Shown here: positions 10,429-21,395 of the stretch, one piece after another
Position numbering within the stretch: the first letter of the stretch is position 1
How the letters are laid out: every line of letters starts with the position of its first letter
From: an uncultured Planctomycetota bacterium
Lineage (GTDB): Bacteria > Planctomycetota > Planctomycetia > Gemmatales > Gemmataceae
Reading direction: 5' to 3'
DNA: 64,000 nucleotides
Assembly (NCBI GenBank): GCA_963849325.1
Contig: CAWKHF010000005.1
Coordinates: 256,001 to 320,000 of the forward strand
The notes under the pieces: generated by a model
Databases searched by the model: none
What the model was told of the DNA's origin: nothing
The model's input: only the letters and a program-made list of their open reading frames with translations
Made by a program: the position numbers and the translations under genes

Positions 10429-11601
10429 ATGCCAGGCAATACGTTTGGACACCTGTTCCGCGTGACGACCGGCGGCGTCAGCCACGGTCCCGGTTACGCC
10501 GTCATCATCGATGGCTGTCCGCCGGGACTGCCGCTGAGCGGCGACGACCTGCTGCCGGACCTGCGTCGTCGCCGGCCGGGCCAGTCGAAGCTGGTCACGC
10601 AGCGCGACGAGGAGGACGCGCCGGAGATCTGGTCCGGCGTCTTCGACGGGCGGACCGACGGCACGCCCATCACCATCCTGTTCCGCAACACCGATCAGCG
10701 CAGCCACGATTACGGCGATATCAAGGACAAGTATCGTCCCGGCCACGCCGACTTCACCTTCGACGCCAAGTACGGCCTGCGCGACTACCGCGGCGGCGGT
10801 CGATCGAGCGCCCGCGAGACCATTTGCCGCGTCGCCGCCGGCGCCGTCGCCAAGAAACTGCTCGCCGGCCACGGCGTTCGCGTCCTCGGCTACGTCAAGC
10901 AGGTCGGCGACGTGATCGCTAACGTCCCCGAGCCGTCGGCGGTCACGCTGGAGCAGGTCGAGGCGACGCCGGTGCGCTGTCCCGACCCGGAAGCGGCGGC
11001 GCGGATGATCGCGCTGATCGACGAGGTGCGCAAGGACCAGGACTCAATCGGCGGCGTCTGCGAGTTGGTGGCGGTCGGCGTGCCGCCGGGGCTGGGCGAA
11101 CCCGTCTTCGACAAGCTCAAGGCCGACCTCGCCAAGGCGCTATTGTCGCTGCCGGCGGTGATGGCGTTCGAGTACGGCGCCGGCTTCGGCGTGGCGACGG
11201 CGCGCGGCAGCGCCAATAATGACATTTTCATCCGCAAGGAGGAACATATCGGCACAGTAACGAATCGACATGGCGGTATGCTTGGCGGCATCAGCAGCGG
11301 CGAGCCGATCGTCTGTCGCGTCGCCATCAAGCCGACCAGCAGTCTGTCGCGGCCGCAGCCGACCGTGACGCGCAGCGGCGAGCCGACCGAGATCGCCACG
11401 CGCGGCCGACATGATCCGTGTCTGCTGCCGCGCTTCGTGCCGATGGGCGAGGCCATGATCGCGCTGGTGCTCGTCGATCACTGGCTGCGCTGGCGAGCCA
11501 GTGCGGTTGCGGGAACGGTTATGCTGCGGATCGGCCACGCGAATAACGGAGTACCGAGCTTCCCTGCCCTGCGTGAGGCGGCTGCCGAGTTGTGTCGTTA
11601 G
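10429..11601 (+). CDS. aroC: Chorismate synthase (C-terminal tail probably extended by an indel near 11499)
   Basis: [39 protein letters not shown]. Confidence 0.95.
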   Translation: MPGNTFGHLFRVTTGGVSHGPGYAVIIDGCPPGLPLSGDDLLPDLRRRRPGQSKLVTQRDEEDAPEIWSGVFDGRTDGTPITILFRNTDQRSHDYGDIKDKYRPGHADFTFDAKYGLRDYRGGGRSSARETICRVAAGAVAKKLLAGHGVRVLGYVKQVGDVIANVPEPSAVTLEQVEATPVRCPDPEAAARMIALIDEVRKDQDSIGGVCELVAVGVPPGLGEPVFDKLKADLAKALLSLPAVMAFEYGAGFGVATARGSANNDIFIRKEEHIGTVTNRHGGMLGGISSGEPIVCRVAIKPTSSLSRPQPTVTRSGEPTEIATRGRHDPCLLPRFVPMGEAMIALVLVDHWLRWRASAVAGTVMLRIGHANNGVPSFPALREAAAELCR

Positions 11602-11620
11602 TCGAAGAAAAGGTGGTCGG

Positions 11621-12190
11621 ATGGCGGAGATCTATGTTAGTACCGATGTCGAGGCGGACGGCCCTATCCCCGGCCCGCATTCGATGCTCAGCTTCGCCTC
11701 GGCCGCGTACCGAGAGGACAAGACACTCGTCGCAACGTTCGCGGCCAACTTGATGGTGTTGCCAGGCGCCAGAGGCGATCCGAAGACGATGGCGTGGTGG
11801 CAAAACCAGCCCGAAGCGTGGGCCATGTGCCGCATCAATCTCCGAGAACCCGCTGTCGTCATGCCCGAATATGTAGCGTGGCTGAAGTCGCTGCCGGGCA
11901 AGCCCGTGTTCGTGGCGTATCCGGCGGCCTATGATTTTATGTTCGTGTATTGGTACTTGATGCGATTTGCTGGCGAGAGTCCGTTCTCGCATTCGGCCTT
12001 GGACATCAAGAGCTACGCTATGGCTCTCTTAGGCACGGAATACCGCGAGTCGGTCAAGCGTAACATGCCGGCCAAGTGGTTCGACGACCTGCCCCACACG
12101 CACGTTGCTCTTGACGATGCCAAGGGACAAGGGGCATTGTTCTGCAACATGCTGGCTGCGCACTCTCGCTCAATTATCCCCGCCGAATAA
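11621..12190 (+). CDS. DEDDh 3'-5' exonuclease (Rv2179c-like)
   Basis: [14 protein letters not shown] and HTHVALDDA motifs; AAGGTGG upstream. Confidence 0.75.
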   Translation: MAEIYVSTDVEADGPIPGPHSMLSFASAAYREDKTLVATFAANLMVLPGARGDPKTMAWWQNQPEAWAMCRINLREPAVVMPEYVAWLKSLPGKPVFVAYPAAYDFMFVYWYLMRFAGESPFSHSALDIKSYAMALLGTEYRESVKRNMPAKWFDDLPHTHVALDDAKGQGALFCNMLAAHSRSIIPAE

Positions 12191-12273
12191 GCGGAGACCC
12201 CTCGGAGGACGAAGCCAAGACGCGGCAAGCCAACTCCGCGGCAGATCGGTGACGTTAGCGCGAGAGGGATCCC

Positions 12274-14583
12274 ATGCTCCGCGAGGAACAGATCGATATC
12301 CGCCGGCGGCGCGCGGCCGAGGAGCATTTCCGTATTCAGAACCTCGGCCGCAATCGCGTCTTCAGCGACTACCAGATCAGCAATCCGACGAGCGGCGGAC
12401 AGTATCGCGTCAGCATTCGCGGCTTCAACGTCGGCGACAATACCTGCGAATGTCCGGATTTCCGCACCAACACGCTGGGCACCTGCAAACACATCGAGGC
12501 CGTGCTGGCCTCGCTGCGCGAGGAGACGCCGCCGCAGCTGCGCCGCCGCAAGGCCGCCGTCACCCATCCGGAAATTTATCTCCACTACGGCGAGCAGCTC
12601 CGCATCGGTCTGCACCTGCCGCCGCGCCACTCCGACCAGCTTCGCGCCCTGGCCGAGGCGTTCTTCGATCCGCGCGGCCTGTGGAAGGGCGGCGACGCCT
12701 ACCAAAAACTGATCGAACTGGCCGAGCAGGTGCCGGAGCAGGTGACGATCTTCTCCGATGCCATGGACTTCATGGAACGCGAGATCGAGCGCTGCGACAT
12801 GGCCCAGCGCGAACACGACCTACTCGAACAACTCCAGCGAAGCGAGAAAGAAGGCGGCGAGCTACCGGAGGCGCTGCGCGACCTGCTGGCGGTGCCGTTG
12901 TATCCCTACCAGATGCGGGGAGCGTTGTTCCTGGCCTGCCGCGGCCGCAGCATTCTCGGCGACGACATGGGATTGGGAAAGACCGTCCAGACCCTGGCGG
13001 CGGTCGAACTGCTGGTGCGCGAGCGCGGTATCGAGCGTGTGCTGGTGGTGGCGCCGGCGTCGGTGAAATACCAGTGGGAGACGGAGATCCGCAAATACAC
13101 CGGGCGCGGCGTGCAGGTCATTGACGGTACGGGGCAGGAGCGACGCGCCCTGTACCGCCGGCCGACGTTTTATCGTCTCATCAACTACGAGATCGCCATG
13201 CGCGATCTCGACGAGCTGAACGCCTGGCAGCCGGACCTGATCGTGCTCGACGAGGCGCAGCGCATCAAGAACTGGGAGGCGAAAACGACGCGGGCCGTCA
13301 AGCGTCTGCGCAGCCGTTACGCCGTCGTCCTGACCGGCACGCCGCTGGAGAACAAGCTGGAAGAGCTGTACAGCATCGTGCAGTTCGTCGATGATCGGCG
13401 GCTCGGACCCGCCTTCCAGTTTTTGCACGACCACCGCCTGTTGGACGCCGACGGCAGGCTGATCGGCTATCGCAATCTCGATAAGGTCCGCGACAAGCTG
13501 GCGCCGATCCTGTTGCGGCGGACACGGGCGGAAGTGCTGTCGCAGTTGCCGGCCCGCACCGACACGACTGTCTACGTCGAGATGGCCGACGCCCAGCGCG
13601 GCCCCTACGCCGAGCATGGCCATACCCTGGCGCGGCTGCTGCAAAAGAAGTATCTCAGCGAGGTCGATCGCCGCCGCATTCTCGCTTGCGTCACCAACCT
13701 ACGTATGTTGTGCGACAGCACCTTCCTGCTCGATAAGCAGACGCAGGTGTCGCCGAAGCTGGAGGAGCTGGAGGAACTGCTTCGCCAATTGCTCGGTTCA
13801 GGACCGCACAAGGTTGTCATTTTCAGTCAATGGGAGCTGATGCTGCGGCAGGCGGTGCAAGTGGTGGAGAAGCTAGGCGTCGGTTACGCCGTGCTGCACG
13901 GCGGCATCCCCGGCAAGGAGCGGCGCGGCCTGCTCGAGCGCTTCCGCGACGACCCGGACTGCCGCGTGTTCCTGAGCACCGACGCCGGCGGCACCGGACT
14001 GAACTTGCAGGCGGCGGACACGGTCGTCAACCTGGAAGTGCCGTGGAACCCGGCCGTGTTGGAGCAGCGCATTGCGCGGGTGCATCGCATGGGCCAGCAT
14101 CGGCCGGTGCAGGTGTTCAACCTGGTGATGCGCGACAGCATCGAGGAGCGCGTCTTGCGGACGCTGGCCGTCAAACGCTCGCTGTTCGCCGAGATTTTCA
14201 CGGGCAGCAACGAGGAGGTGATCTTCGCCACGCTGGGCCAGCAGGCGTTTCTGGAGACGGTGCGCGGACTGGTCGGCGAGGCCAAGCCGGCGGAGACGGC
14301 CGCTCCGGTGCCGGTGCCGGTCGAGCCGGCGAACGATCCGCGCCAGGCCGTGGTCCAGGCCGGCGTGCAACTGCTGGAAGCGCTGGCGGCACTGGTTGGC
14401 GGTGCGTCACCTCCGTCGGCGGAGGCGAACGGTAACGGAGTGTCACCGCTGACATCATGGCTGACGACGGATGCGCAAGGTCGTCCGGTGCTGCAACTGC
14501 CCGTGCCGTCGTCGGAGGTCGTGCAGCGCGGGGCGGCGGCGCTGCGGACCATTCTGCAAAAGTTTATCCCTCCGGCCGGTTAA
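12274..14583 (+). CDS. SWIM zinc-finger SNF2-family helicase/ATPase
   Basis: CECPDF..CKH, DDMGLGKT, LDEAQRIKN, LTGTPLEN, STDAGGTGLNLQ, EQRIARVHRMGQ. Confidence 0.92.
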   Translation: MLREEQIDIRRRRAAEEHFRIQNLGRNRVFSDYQISNPTSGGQYRVSIRGFNVGDNTCECPDFRTNTLGTCKHIEAVLASLREETPPQLRRRKAAVTHPEIYLHYGEQLRIGLHLPPRHSDQLRALAEAFFDPRGLWKGGDAYQKLIELAEQVPEQVTIFSDAMDFMEREIERCDMAQREHDLLEQLQRSEKEGGELPEALRDLLAVPLYPYQMRGALFLACRGRSILGDDMGLGKTVQTLAAVELLVRERGIERVLVVAPASVKYQWETEIRKYTGRGVQVIDGTGQERRALYRRPTFYRLINYEIAMRDLDELNAWQPDLIVLDEAQRIKNWEAKTTRAVKRLRSRYAVVLTGTPLENKLEELYSIVQFVDDRRLGPAFQFLHDHRLLDADGRLIGYRNLDKVRDKLAPILLRRTRAEVLSQLPARTDTTVYVEMADAQRGPYAEHGHTLARLLQKKYLSEVDRRRILACVTNLRMLCDSTFLLDKQTQVSPKLEELEELLRQLLGSGPHKVVIFSQWELMLRQAVQVVEKLGVGYAVLHGGIPGKERRGLLERFRDDPDCRVFLSTDAGGTGLNLQAADTVVNLEVPWNPAVLEQRIARVHRMGQHRPVQVFNLVMRDSIEERVLRTLAVKRSLFAEIFTGSNEEVIFATLGQQAFLETVRGLVGEAKPAETAAPVPVPVEPANDPRQAVVQAGVQLLEALAALVGGASPPSAEANGNGVSPLTSWLTTDAQGRPVLQLPVPSSEVVQRGAAALRTILQKFIPPAG

Positions 14584-14654
14584 TTGCCTTTTGCAGCGGA
14601 GCGACGAGAACAAGCCAAGCCAGTCCGATGTTGAAGGAGGCGAAAGGATGAGCG

Positions 14655-15014
14655 ATGACGACCGAATCTCCCTCCGGTAGTCCCACTCCCGCCACGCCCA
14701 TCCCGACGATCCACGAGGCCGAGTTGGCCTTCGGGCCATCCGGCGGGGTGTGGGCCGGTGCCGAGATCGACTTCGATACCGCCGTGGCACGCCGGCGTGC
14801 CGGGCTGGACGTGGTGATTGCGGGAGAGGACACCGGTGCCAACCGAGGGCTCGCCTACCGGATCGAGGCGGCCGTCGGGCCGCCGAGCCGGCCCCAGCCG
14901 CCTGAACGGCGCGCAGGGCCGCTGGCTTTGCCGCACTTCCACCAGCAGAGCCGGAACCCGAAGGGCCACCTGTTCTACGAAACCGAACACCGCAAGGCGA
15001 GGAAAGGACCATGA
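14655..15014 (+). CDS. Hypothetical protein with PHFH...GHLFY motif
   Basis: 119-aa ORF with AAGGA upstream; ATGA overlap with the next gene. Confidence 0.65.
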   Translation: MTTESPSGSPTPATPIPTIHEAELAFGPSGGVWAGAEIDFDTAVARRRAGLDVVIAGEDTGANRGLAYRIEAAVGPPSRPQPPERRAGPLALPHFHQQSRNPKGHLFYETEHRKARKGP

Positions 15015-15550
15015 AGTACTTCACGCCCGAATTAATTGTCGCCTATGGCTCGGCCGATCCCACGACCTGGAAGGAAGCCGAGGTGCGTTGGGATACCGCC
15101 TGCGAACAGTACAATACTTCGCTCGCATCCCTCAAGCCAGCCTTTCCCGTTGGTTTACGCTCTATTGAGGACAGTTATTCTCTGCATGATGCCGTTATCC
15201 GGGGCATGGGTCAACGTGAGGGAACATTCGTTATTGTGCTCCAGCTCGATACGCCGCCCCAACCGCTGCTGACGTTTACCTATGACCTGGTGGAAGGACC
15301 GATCATCCAGAAGGAGGTATTACCGACCGAGTGTTGCAGCACCTACGGACATATCGACTGGCAGTACGACGAGATCGAGAAGGCGTCCGAGCAGCCGCCG
15401 ACCTGGCGACAGTCGATCCTCCTGAGTAACGGCTGGGAGATCGTCCTGCATTTCCGCGATGTCCACGTCGAGGAGGTCCAAGCCCTGATTCCAGCGCCGC
15501 GCGAAAGTACCACTCTACTGCCGGCCGCCGACATGCCCCAAACGGCCTGA
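15011..15550 (+). CDS. Hypothetical acidic protein, DUF4085-like
   Basis: MKYFT N-terminus, LHDA and WQYDEIE motifs; translationally coupled to the previous gene. Confidence 0.65.
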   Translation: MKYFTPELIVAYGSADPTTWKEAEVRWDTACEQYNTSLASLKPAFPVGLRSIEDSYSLHDAVIRGMGQREGTFVIVLQLDTPPQPLLTFTYDLVEGPIIQKEVLPTECCSTYGHIDWQYDEIEKASEQPPTWRQSILLSNGWEIVLHFRDVHVEEVQALIPAPRESTTLLPAADMPQTA

Positions 15551-15598
15551 GCCGCGAGGGATTGGTGGGATAGGAGCGCTTCTCGCAAGCGTACTCAT

Positions 15599-16489
15599 GT
15601 GCCGCGTCGGAACCTCGTCTCGCAAACCCTGGATCCCTGGCAACTCGTGTGGGGACAGCCCCACATCGACAGCGGCACCCTCGCGGCCGCCCTCGAAGAC
15701 GATTTGCAGCGAAATCCCTGTCCGGATTACCGGACCCGTCTGCTCGTCCGCGATGCCGCCCGAGCCATCCGCTCCTTCTGGGGGGCCAAACGCTTCGCCC
15801 ACTGGTTGTCCACAAGCCCCGCGGCGGAACAGATACGTGCTATCCTCAACGAGTCCTTCGACGAGACGGGGTTTCCTCACATTCGGAGAAGGTTGGTGGA
15901 CAGCATCGGGGCCATGCAGGTCCAGCAGATATTCACGCTGCTGGGACAGAACATCCATCACCGCATCGAGGTCTACGTGGCCGGTTCGATCCCCACGCTG
16001 ATCGAGGGATTGACGGCGCGACCGACGGAAGCCATCGACCTCGTGAACGAGGTGCCGGCGGAGATCCGCAAACAACGCGCGATCCTGCGGAAGATCCAGA
16101 CCGATTACGGCTTGCGCCTGGCACACGTTCAGTCGCATTACCTTCCGGCCGGCTGGGAGGACCGTCGTCGCTTCCTGGGAGATTTCGGCGGGCTGCGTGT
16201 CTACCTGGTGGACGCCTACGACATCTTCGTCAGCAAGCTCTCCAGCAAGCAAGAAAAGCACAAGGACGATTTGCGCGTGCTGGCCCCGAAGCTCGACCGG
16301 GAAACGGCCAAACAACGTCTGCTCGGCGCGGGGCGGGCATTTCTCGATGACCCGCGGCAACGGCCGCAGATCGAGGCGAACTGGCAGTTCATCTATCAGG
16401 AACCCCTTGCGGCCGAGAGCGCGAGCGAGGGCGAGGAGCGTCCGGCCGCGTCGAAGCGGAAAAAGCCGCGACGGAAGCATCCGGGTTAG
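15599..16489 (+). CDS. DUF6036-like nucleotidyltransferase-fold protein
   Basis: [22 protein letters not shown] and DIFVSKL..KHKDDL. Confidence 0.7.
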   Translation: MPRRNLVSQTLDPWQLVWGQPHIDSGTLAAALEDDLQRNPCPDYRTRLLVRDAARAIRSFWGAKRFAHWLSTSPAAEQIRAILNESFDETGFPHIRRRLVDSIGAMQVQQIFTLLGQNIHHRIEVYVAGSIPTLIEGLTARPTEAIDLVNEVPAEIRKQRAILRKIQTDYGLRLAHVQSHYLPAGWEDRRRFLGDFGGLRVYLVDAYDIFVSKLSSKQEKHKDDLRVLAPKLDRETAKQRLLGAGRAFLDDPRQRPQIEANWQFIYQEPLAAESASEGEERPAASKRKKPRRKHPG

Positions 16490-17109
16490 CCCTTCGCCCC
16501 GCGCACCAGCCGCGCCGTGATCTCGGCGACGTGGCGGCCCTGAAAGCGGGCGATGGTCAGCTCATTTTCACTGGGCTGTCGTTTGCCATCGGTGCCGGCC
16601 AAGGTCGTGGCGCCGTAGGGGGTGCCGCCGGTGATCTCGTTCATGTTGGTCAAGCCGGCCTCGGAATAGGGCACGCCGACGATAATCATGCCGTGATGCA
16701 AGAGCGTCGTGTGGAAACTGGTGATGGTCGTTTCCTGACCGCCGTGCTGCGAGGCGGTGCTGGCGAAGACGCTGCCGACCTTGCCGATCAGCGATCCCTT
16801 GACCCACAGACCGCCGGTCTGATCGAGGAAATTGCGCATCTGCGCCGCCATGTTGCCGAAGCGCGTCGGGGTGCCGAACAGGATGGCGTCGGCGTCGGGC
16901 AGCTGTTCCGTCTTGGCCAACGGCACGTGCGCGAATGCCTGCCGCGCTGCCTTGGCCCCGCTCTTTTCCAGGGCGGCGTCGGGCACCAGTTCCGCCACCT
17001 GGTACAGCGACACCTCCGCTCCCGGCACCTGGCGGGCGCCCTCGGCCACCGCTTCCGCCATCCGGTAGACGTGGCCGTACATGCTGTAGAAGATCACCTG
17101 GATTTTCAT
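16486..17109 (-). CDS. wrbA: NAD(P)H:quinone oxidoreductase, type IV
   Basis: [32 protein letters not shown]. Confidence 0.95.
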   Translation of the reverse strand: MKIQVIFYSMYGHVYRMAEAVAEGARQVPGAEVSLYQVAELVPDAALEKSGAKAARQAFAHVPLAKTEQLPDADAILFGTPTRFGNMAAQMRNFLDQTGGLWVKGSLIGKVGSVFASTASQHGGQETTITSFHTTLLHHGMIIVGVPYSEAGLTNMNEITGGTPYGATTLAGTDGKRQPSENELTIARFQGRHVAEITARLVRGAKG

Positions 17110-17250
17110 GGGAGTGAACCTCGATGGGACAGACCGTGCCTCCAGGACGGAGATCCCGTCCGGGGTCTCCGTGGAGAGGGTAGGCAAAATTGTATCGCGG
17201 CGGCTCGGAAGAGAAAGGGCGGACGTTTCTCCCCAGTCGGAAGGCAGCAT

Positions 17251-18904
17251 TTAGCCACCCTGGGCGATCAGGTAGCGGTCCAGGTATTCGCGCAGCGCCT
17301 CCCACGATGCCGGCTGGCTGCGAAAGCCCAGGTAGCCGTCCGGACGCACCAGCGCCAGCGCCGTCTCGCGGACACCAAGAAGGGAGCGAACCGAACCGCC
17401 GGAGTCCCACCACACCGACGCGAAGCCATCGCGCTTGTCGGCCGGGATGTCGCCGGGCGCGAGCAGATGGACGCGGAGCAGCCCCGGATACGCCGCCTCC
17501 ACGCGCCGCTGAATGTCGCCCAGCGCCGCGGTGCCGGCGGCGTCGGTCGCGGCCGGCAACAACAGGAGATGGTGCTGGGGACCACGCAGCACGGCGAGCA
17601 AGCGATGCTCCCGGCCCGTTCCCGGCTCGCGCAGCCGGGTGTCCGGCACGCGGTCGCCGGGATGGATGCTGCCGGATGTCCAGTTCGCGCCGGATTCGCC
17701 GTTGAGCGGACTGTGCGGATAATGCACCGCCATCTCGGACAGGCCGCGGACGAAGGCGCGCTGGAAGGGTGGCAGACGTCCCAGCAAGCCGACCAGGCGA
17801 TTGCGGAAGAACTGGCCGACCGGGTTGCGCAGAATGGCCACCCGCGTCAAGCGGGCGGCGTTGCGCAGCACCATCTCGCCGACTTCGCCGCGCTCTTGAC
17901 TGTAACTATCGAGCAGCGGCGACGGCCGAGCGCGACCGGCCTGGACCAAGGCGAGTTTCCAGGCGAGGTTCCAGGCATCCTGCATGCCGGTATTCATGCC
18001 CTGGCCGCCGGCCGGACTGTGAATGTGGGCCGCGTCACCGGCCAGGAAGGCCCGGCCTCGCCGATAGTCGGCCACCTTGCGCCTCGTGGATGCGGAAGCC
18101 CGACAACCAGTGCGGCTCGGACAGGCGCACCCCGGCGGGACCACGTCTGTCCACGATCGCCTGTACCTCGGCCAGCGACGGGTTGGGCGGATGTTCGGCA
18201 CTGCTGGCCAACCCCATGTCGGCGATGATGCGGAAACGGTCGGCGAATGGGAAGAACGCCAGCACTCCCTTGGCGTGCCAGAACAAGCTCAGCTCGTCGC
18301 GCGGGATCGGACCCTCGACGTGGCAGTCGGCCAAGATCCAATCGTTCGGCTCCGCTTCGCCGGTGAACGCCAGTCCCAGCTTCTTGCGGACGGTGCTGTG
18401 CGCTCCATCGCAGCCGAGCAGCCAGTCGCAGCGGACGGATTCCTCGCGGCCGTCCGCGTGTCGCAGCACGGCGACGACGTGATCGCCGTGGTCACTGAAG
18501 TCCGTCAGTTCCACGGGACGTTCGACGTGTACGCCCACGCGCTGCAAGTGCTCGGTGAGCAGCCGCTCGGTTTCGTTCTGGGCGAGCATGAGCGGCCGGG
18601 CATACTCGGTGCCGGCCGGGGCGGGCGTAATGCGGACCAGCAGACGCCCTCCGCCGTGGAGCCGGACGGCATTGAGCAACATGCCGGTGTTCAAAAAGTC
18701 GCCGACGATGCCGAGATCGTCGAGCATCTCCAGGGAGCGGCCCCACAGCACCAGCGCCTTGGACTTGTCCGAAGGCGCCGGGTTGCGGTCGATGAGGCGG
18801 CAGGGCAAGCCGTGATGGTGCAGGTGCGCGGCCAGGGTCAGTCCCACCGGGCCGGCCCCGACCACGAGCGCAGTGCAAGCAGCGGTCGGCGGAGGAGCAG
18901 TCAT
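17251..18904 (-). CDS. FAD-dependent monooxygenase (PheA/TfdB/UbiH type), frameshift near 18083
   Basis: VGAGPVGL, GCDGAHSTVR, LAGDAAHIHSPAGGQGMNTG and LVRPDGY across two frames. Confidence 0.88.
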
Positions 18905-18982
18905 GCGGTTCCGTCCGTAAAGGCGGGCGACAGGGATGGTGTCCCGACCGGACACCTCTCGCCATTATGACGAGGAGGCGTC

Positions 18983-19947
18983 TCAGGTGAAAGGCGACGA
19001 GCCGGCGACGAGAATGCAGCCAGCCAGGCGGGCACCGTGGGCGGGGATGAGCTGCAACAGCGCGTCGGTCTGCGGCGTCTCGGCTTCCTGCTCGGGCACC
19101 ACCAGATACACCGCATCACAGGCGGCCCCAAGCGCCGTGCCATCGGCTCGGCCGTCCCAGCGCGGCCCATCCACGAGCACCAGCGCCGAGCGTTGACGCA
19201 GCTGGCGCAGCAGCGATCGCATGGTCTCGGCCACAAAACGCACACCGCCGCCGGCGTCTCGACCGCCGGCGGTCAGCGCGAACAGGTTCGCCTGTTCGGT
19301 CGGCCGCACAATTTCGTCCAGCGTTCCGGCGCCGGCCAGCGCCTCGCGCAGTCCGGCGCGGCCGGCAGTCCCAGGCGCTCCGCCACGGCGGGCTGGCGCA
19401 GGTTGGCGTCCACGACGACGACGCGCCGTTCCTGCCGGGCGGCGGCGATCGCCAGGTTGAGCAAGGTCGTCGTGGTCCCGCAGCGAGTCAGCGCCGAGGT
19501 GAACAGCAAGACCGCCGCTCGTTCGCCTGAGGGGGGGGCGTTCCGCATGGCGTCCAGCACGGCGCCGTACTGGCGGGCGGCGGGCTGGTCGGGATCGTGA
19601 TACGCCACCAGTTCCGGAGCGAAGCGTGAGCGCGCCTCCGCTCGGCCGGGCAGGGCACGGAAATGCACGCTTCGCGGTGCCGGCAGGGATGCGCGCGGCT
19701 CATCGACGCGGATCGTGCGCGGCTCCGGGCGCGGCGAAGTCGGCGCGGCGGGCAAACTGGCCAGCACGCTCGCCGACGCTTCCATGCTCTTGTGCGGCCC
19801 CACTTCGATGTAGGGGATCTCTTCGCCGGCGGTGGACGTTGTCTCGGTTTCCGTCGCCGCGACGGCTGGTGCAGGTGCGGTCGCTCGCCCCTCCACCTCG
19901 TCGCGTGTGTTGTCGGCCCGCTTCAAGGCGTCCAGCATTCGGCCCAT
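18983..19947 (-). CDS. CpsD/CapB (BY-kinase/MinD-like) protein, frameshift near 19355
   Basis: MGRMLDALK, FTSALTRCGTTT..NLA, VVVDANLRQP, VLVDGP and CDAVYLVV. Confidence 0.7.
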
Positions 19948-19986
19948 TCTCATTCCCTCCCCGCGACACCACCCCCCGAGCAACTC

Positions 19987-20969
19987 TCAACCCGATCGAC
20001 TCGCCGACAGGATCAGACGGCAGGAACTCTCCTCCGTCTCGGCCGTCGCGGAGTCCTCGCCGCTGCTCGATCCCTCCAGGCTTTCTGGTGGCCCCGGACT
20101 CGACTCGTGCTCCGCGAGGACGCCGTTGAGTACGGCGACCGGGCCGTTGTCCTCGATCTCTTCCGCCAGGCCGAGAAGGGCGAGCGCTTCCAGGGCGGCC
20201 TCGGCATCGACCTGGGCGGTGCCGGCCTCGGCGGCCAGGCTGAGCGCCTGGTGGGCCGCCTGGTTGAGCAGCCGAGGCAGGCCGCGCGTCTGCCGCGATA
20301 ACAGCTCCAGGGCTTCGTCGGCGAAGAGTCGTTCCGGCCGGCCGCCCGCCACGCGCACGTGATGCAGCAGATAGTCGGCCGCCTCTTGCGGAGCCAACGG
20401 CTCCACCTCGGCGCGGACGGCCAAACGCTGGGCAAACGACGCTAGCTCCGGCCGTCGCAGCGTCTCCAGCAAGGCCGGCTGGCCGACCAGGACCACCTGG
20501 ACCGCCTTGCCCGAAGGGGCTTCCAGGTTGCCCAGAAGACGCAACTCCTCCAGCAAGTCCGGCGTCAAGTGCTGGGCCTCATCAAGGACCAGGATGGTGC
20601 TCCGCCCCTTCTCGTAACCGCGGAGCAGATGGTCCGTCAGGGCCAAACGCATCTCCTGTTCGCCGCGCTGCTGGTAAGGCAGCGACAGGTCGTAGAGAAG
20701 GGCTTGCAGCAAGCCGGCGCGGTCGCCGACGTGGCTGTTGGTCAGGAAGGCGGCGCTCGCCTCCGAACCGAGCCGTTCGAGCAGGCAGTGACACAGCAGG
20801 GTCTTGCCGGTGCCCGGCGCGCGGTGAGGACGACCACGCCTTCGCCGTCGCCCAGGCCGTGCAGCAGACGAGCGAGGGCGCGTTCGTGGCTGGTGGCGGG
20901 ATAGTAGCGGGCCGGGTCCGGCGTGGCCGGGAATGGCCGCTGCCGAAGACCGAAATGCGTCGGATACAT
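19987..20969 (-). CDS. ExeA/GspA-family AAA ATPase, frameshift near 20820
   Basis: MY..HFGLRQRPF..TPDP, GTGKT, LDEAQHL, LVGQP and TRGLPRLLN. Confidence 0.85.
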
Positions 20970-21103
20970 CGTGCGAATCCCTCGGTCGGCGCTCGATACG
21001 GCGCTGTTATCGAAATCATCGTCGGCTACAGACGCGAACTTGAACGCGACCGCCGGATTCGGCGACGCCGCGGCAACCTTGCGGAGAAGTAACGGAAGGA
21101 CGA

Positions 21104-21132
21104 TTGAAGAGAAGGCGGAAGAGAGGTATCTT
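21104..21132 (+). promoter_or_regulatory. Candidate sigma70 promoter with no downstream ORF
   Basis: TTGAAG-17 nt-TATCTT. Confidence 0.4.
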
Positions 21133-21171
21133 TACGTTTGTCGCACTGATTGGGCGACAGTGCGATGAATC

Positions 21172-21204
21172 GGCCGGCCCCCGTATGGGGCCGGCCCTTT
21201 TTTT
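21172..21204 (+). terminator. Rho-independent terminator
   Basis: 10-bp stem GGCCGGCCCC/GGGGCCGGCC, 5-nt loop, followed by C and T7. Confidence 0.8.
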
Positions 21205-21218
21205 GCGCCGATCATCGT

Positions 21219-21382
21219 ACCGAGCCGCGACCGTAAGGGAGCGGTTTGGAAACAACCGCTCCCTTAGAGCTGTAGCTTTTTGGCGAGCGGGGGGCGTAAG
21301 CCCCCTGTTTTTCGCCGTCAACAGGGGGCTTACGCCCCCCGCTCGCCTATTTGGTTAGTGCCTCTTACGGTCGCGGCTCGGT
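21219..21382. repeat. Composite repeat: family B palindrome interrupted by an insert carrying a family C palindrome
   Basis: The B right arm is split at TTA (21264-21266 and 21365-21367); the C palindrome lies at 21282-21347. Confidence 0.85.
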
Positions 21383-21395
21383 TTTTCCGTTAGCT

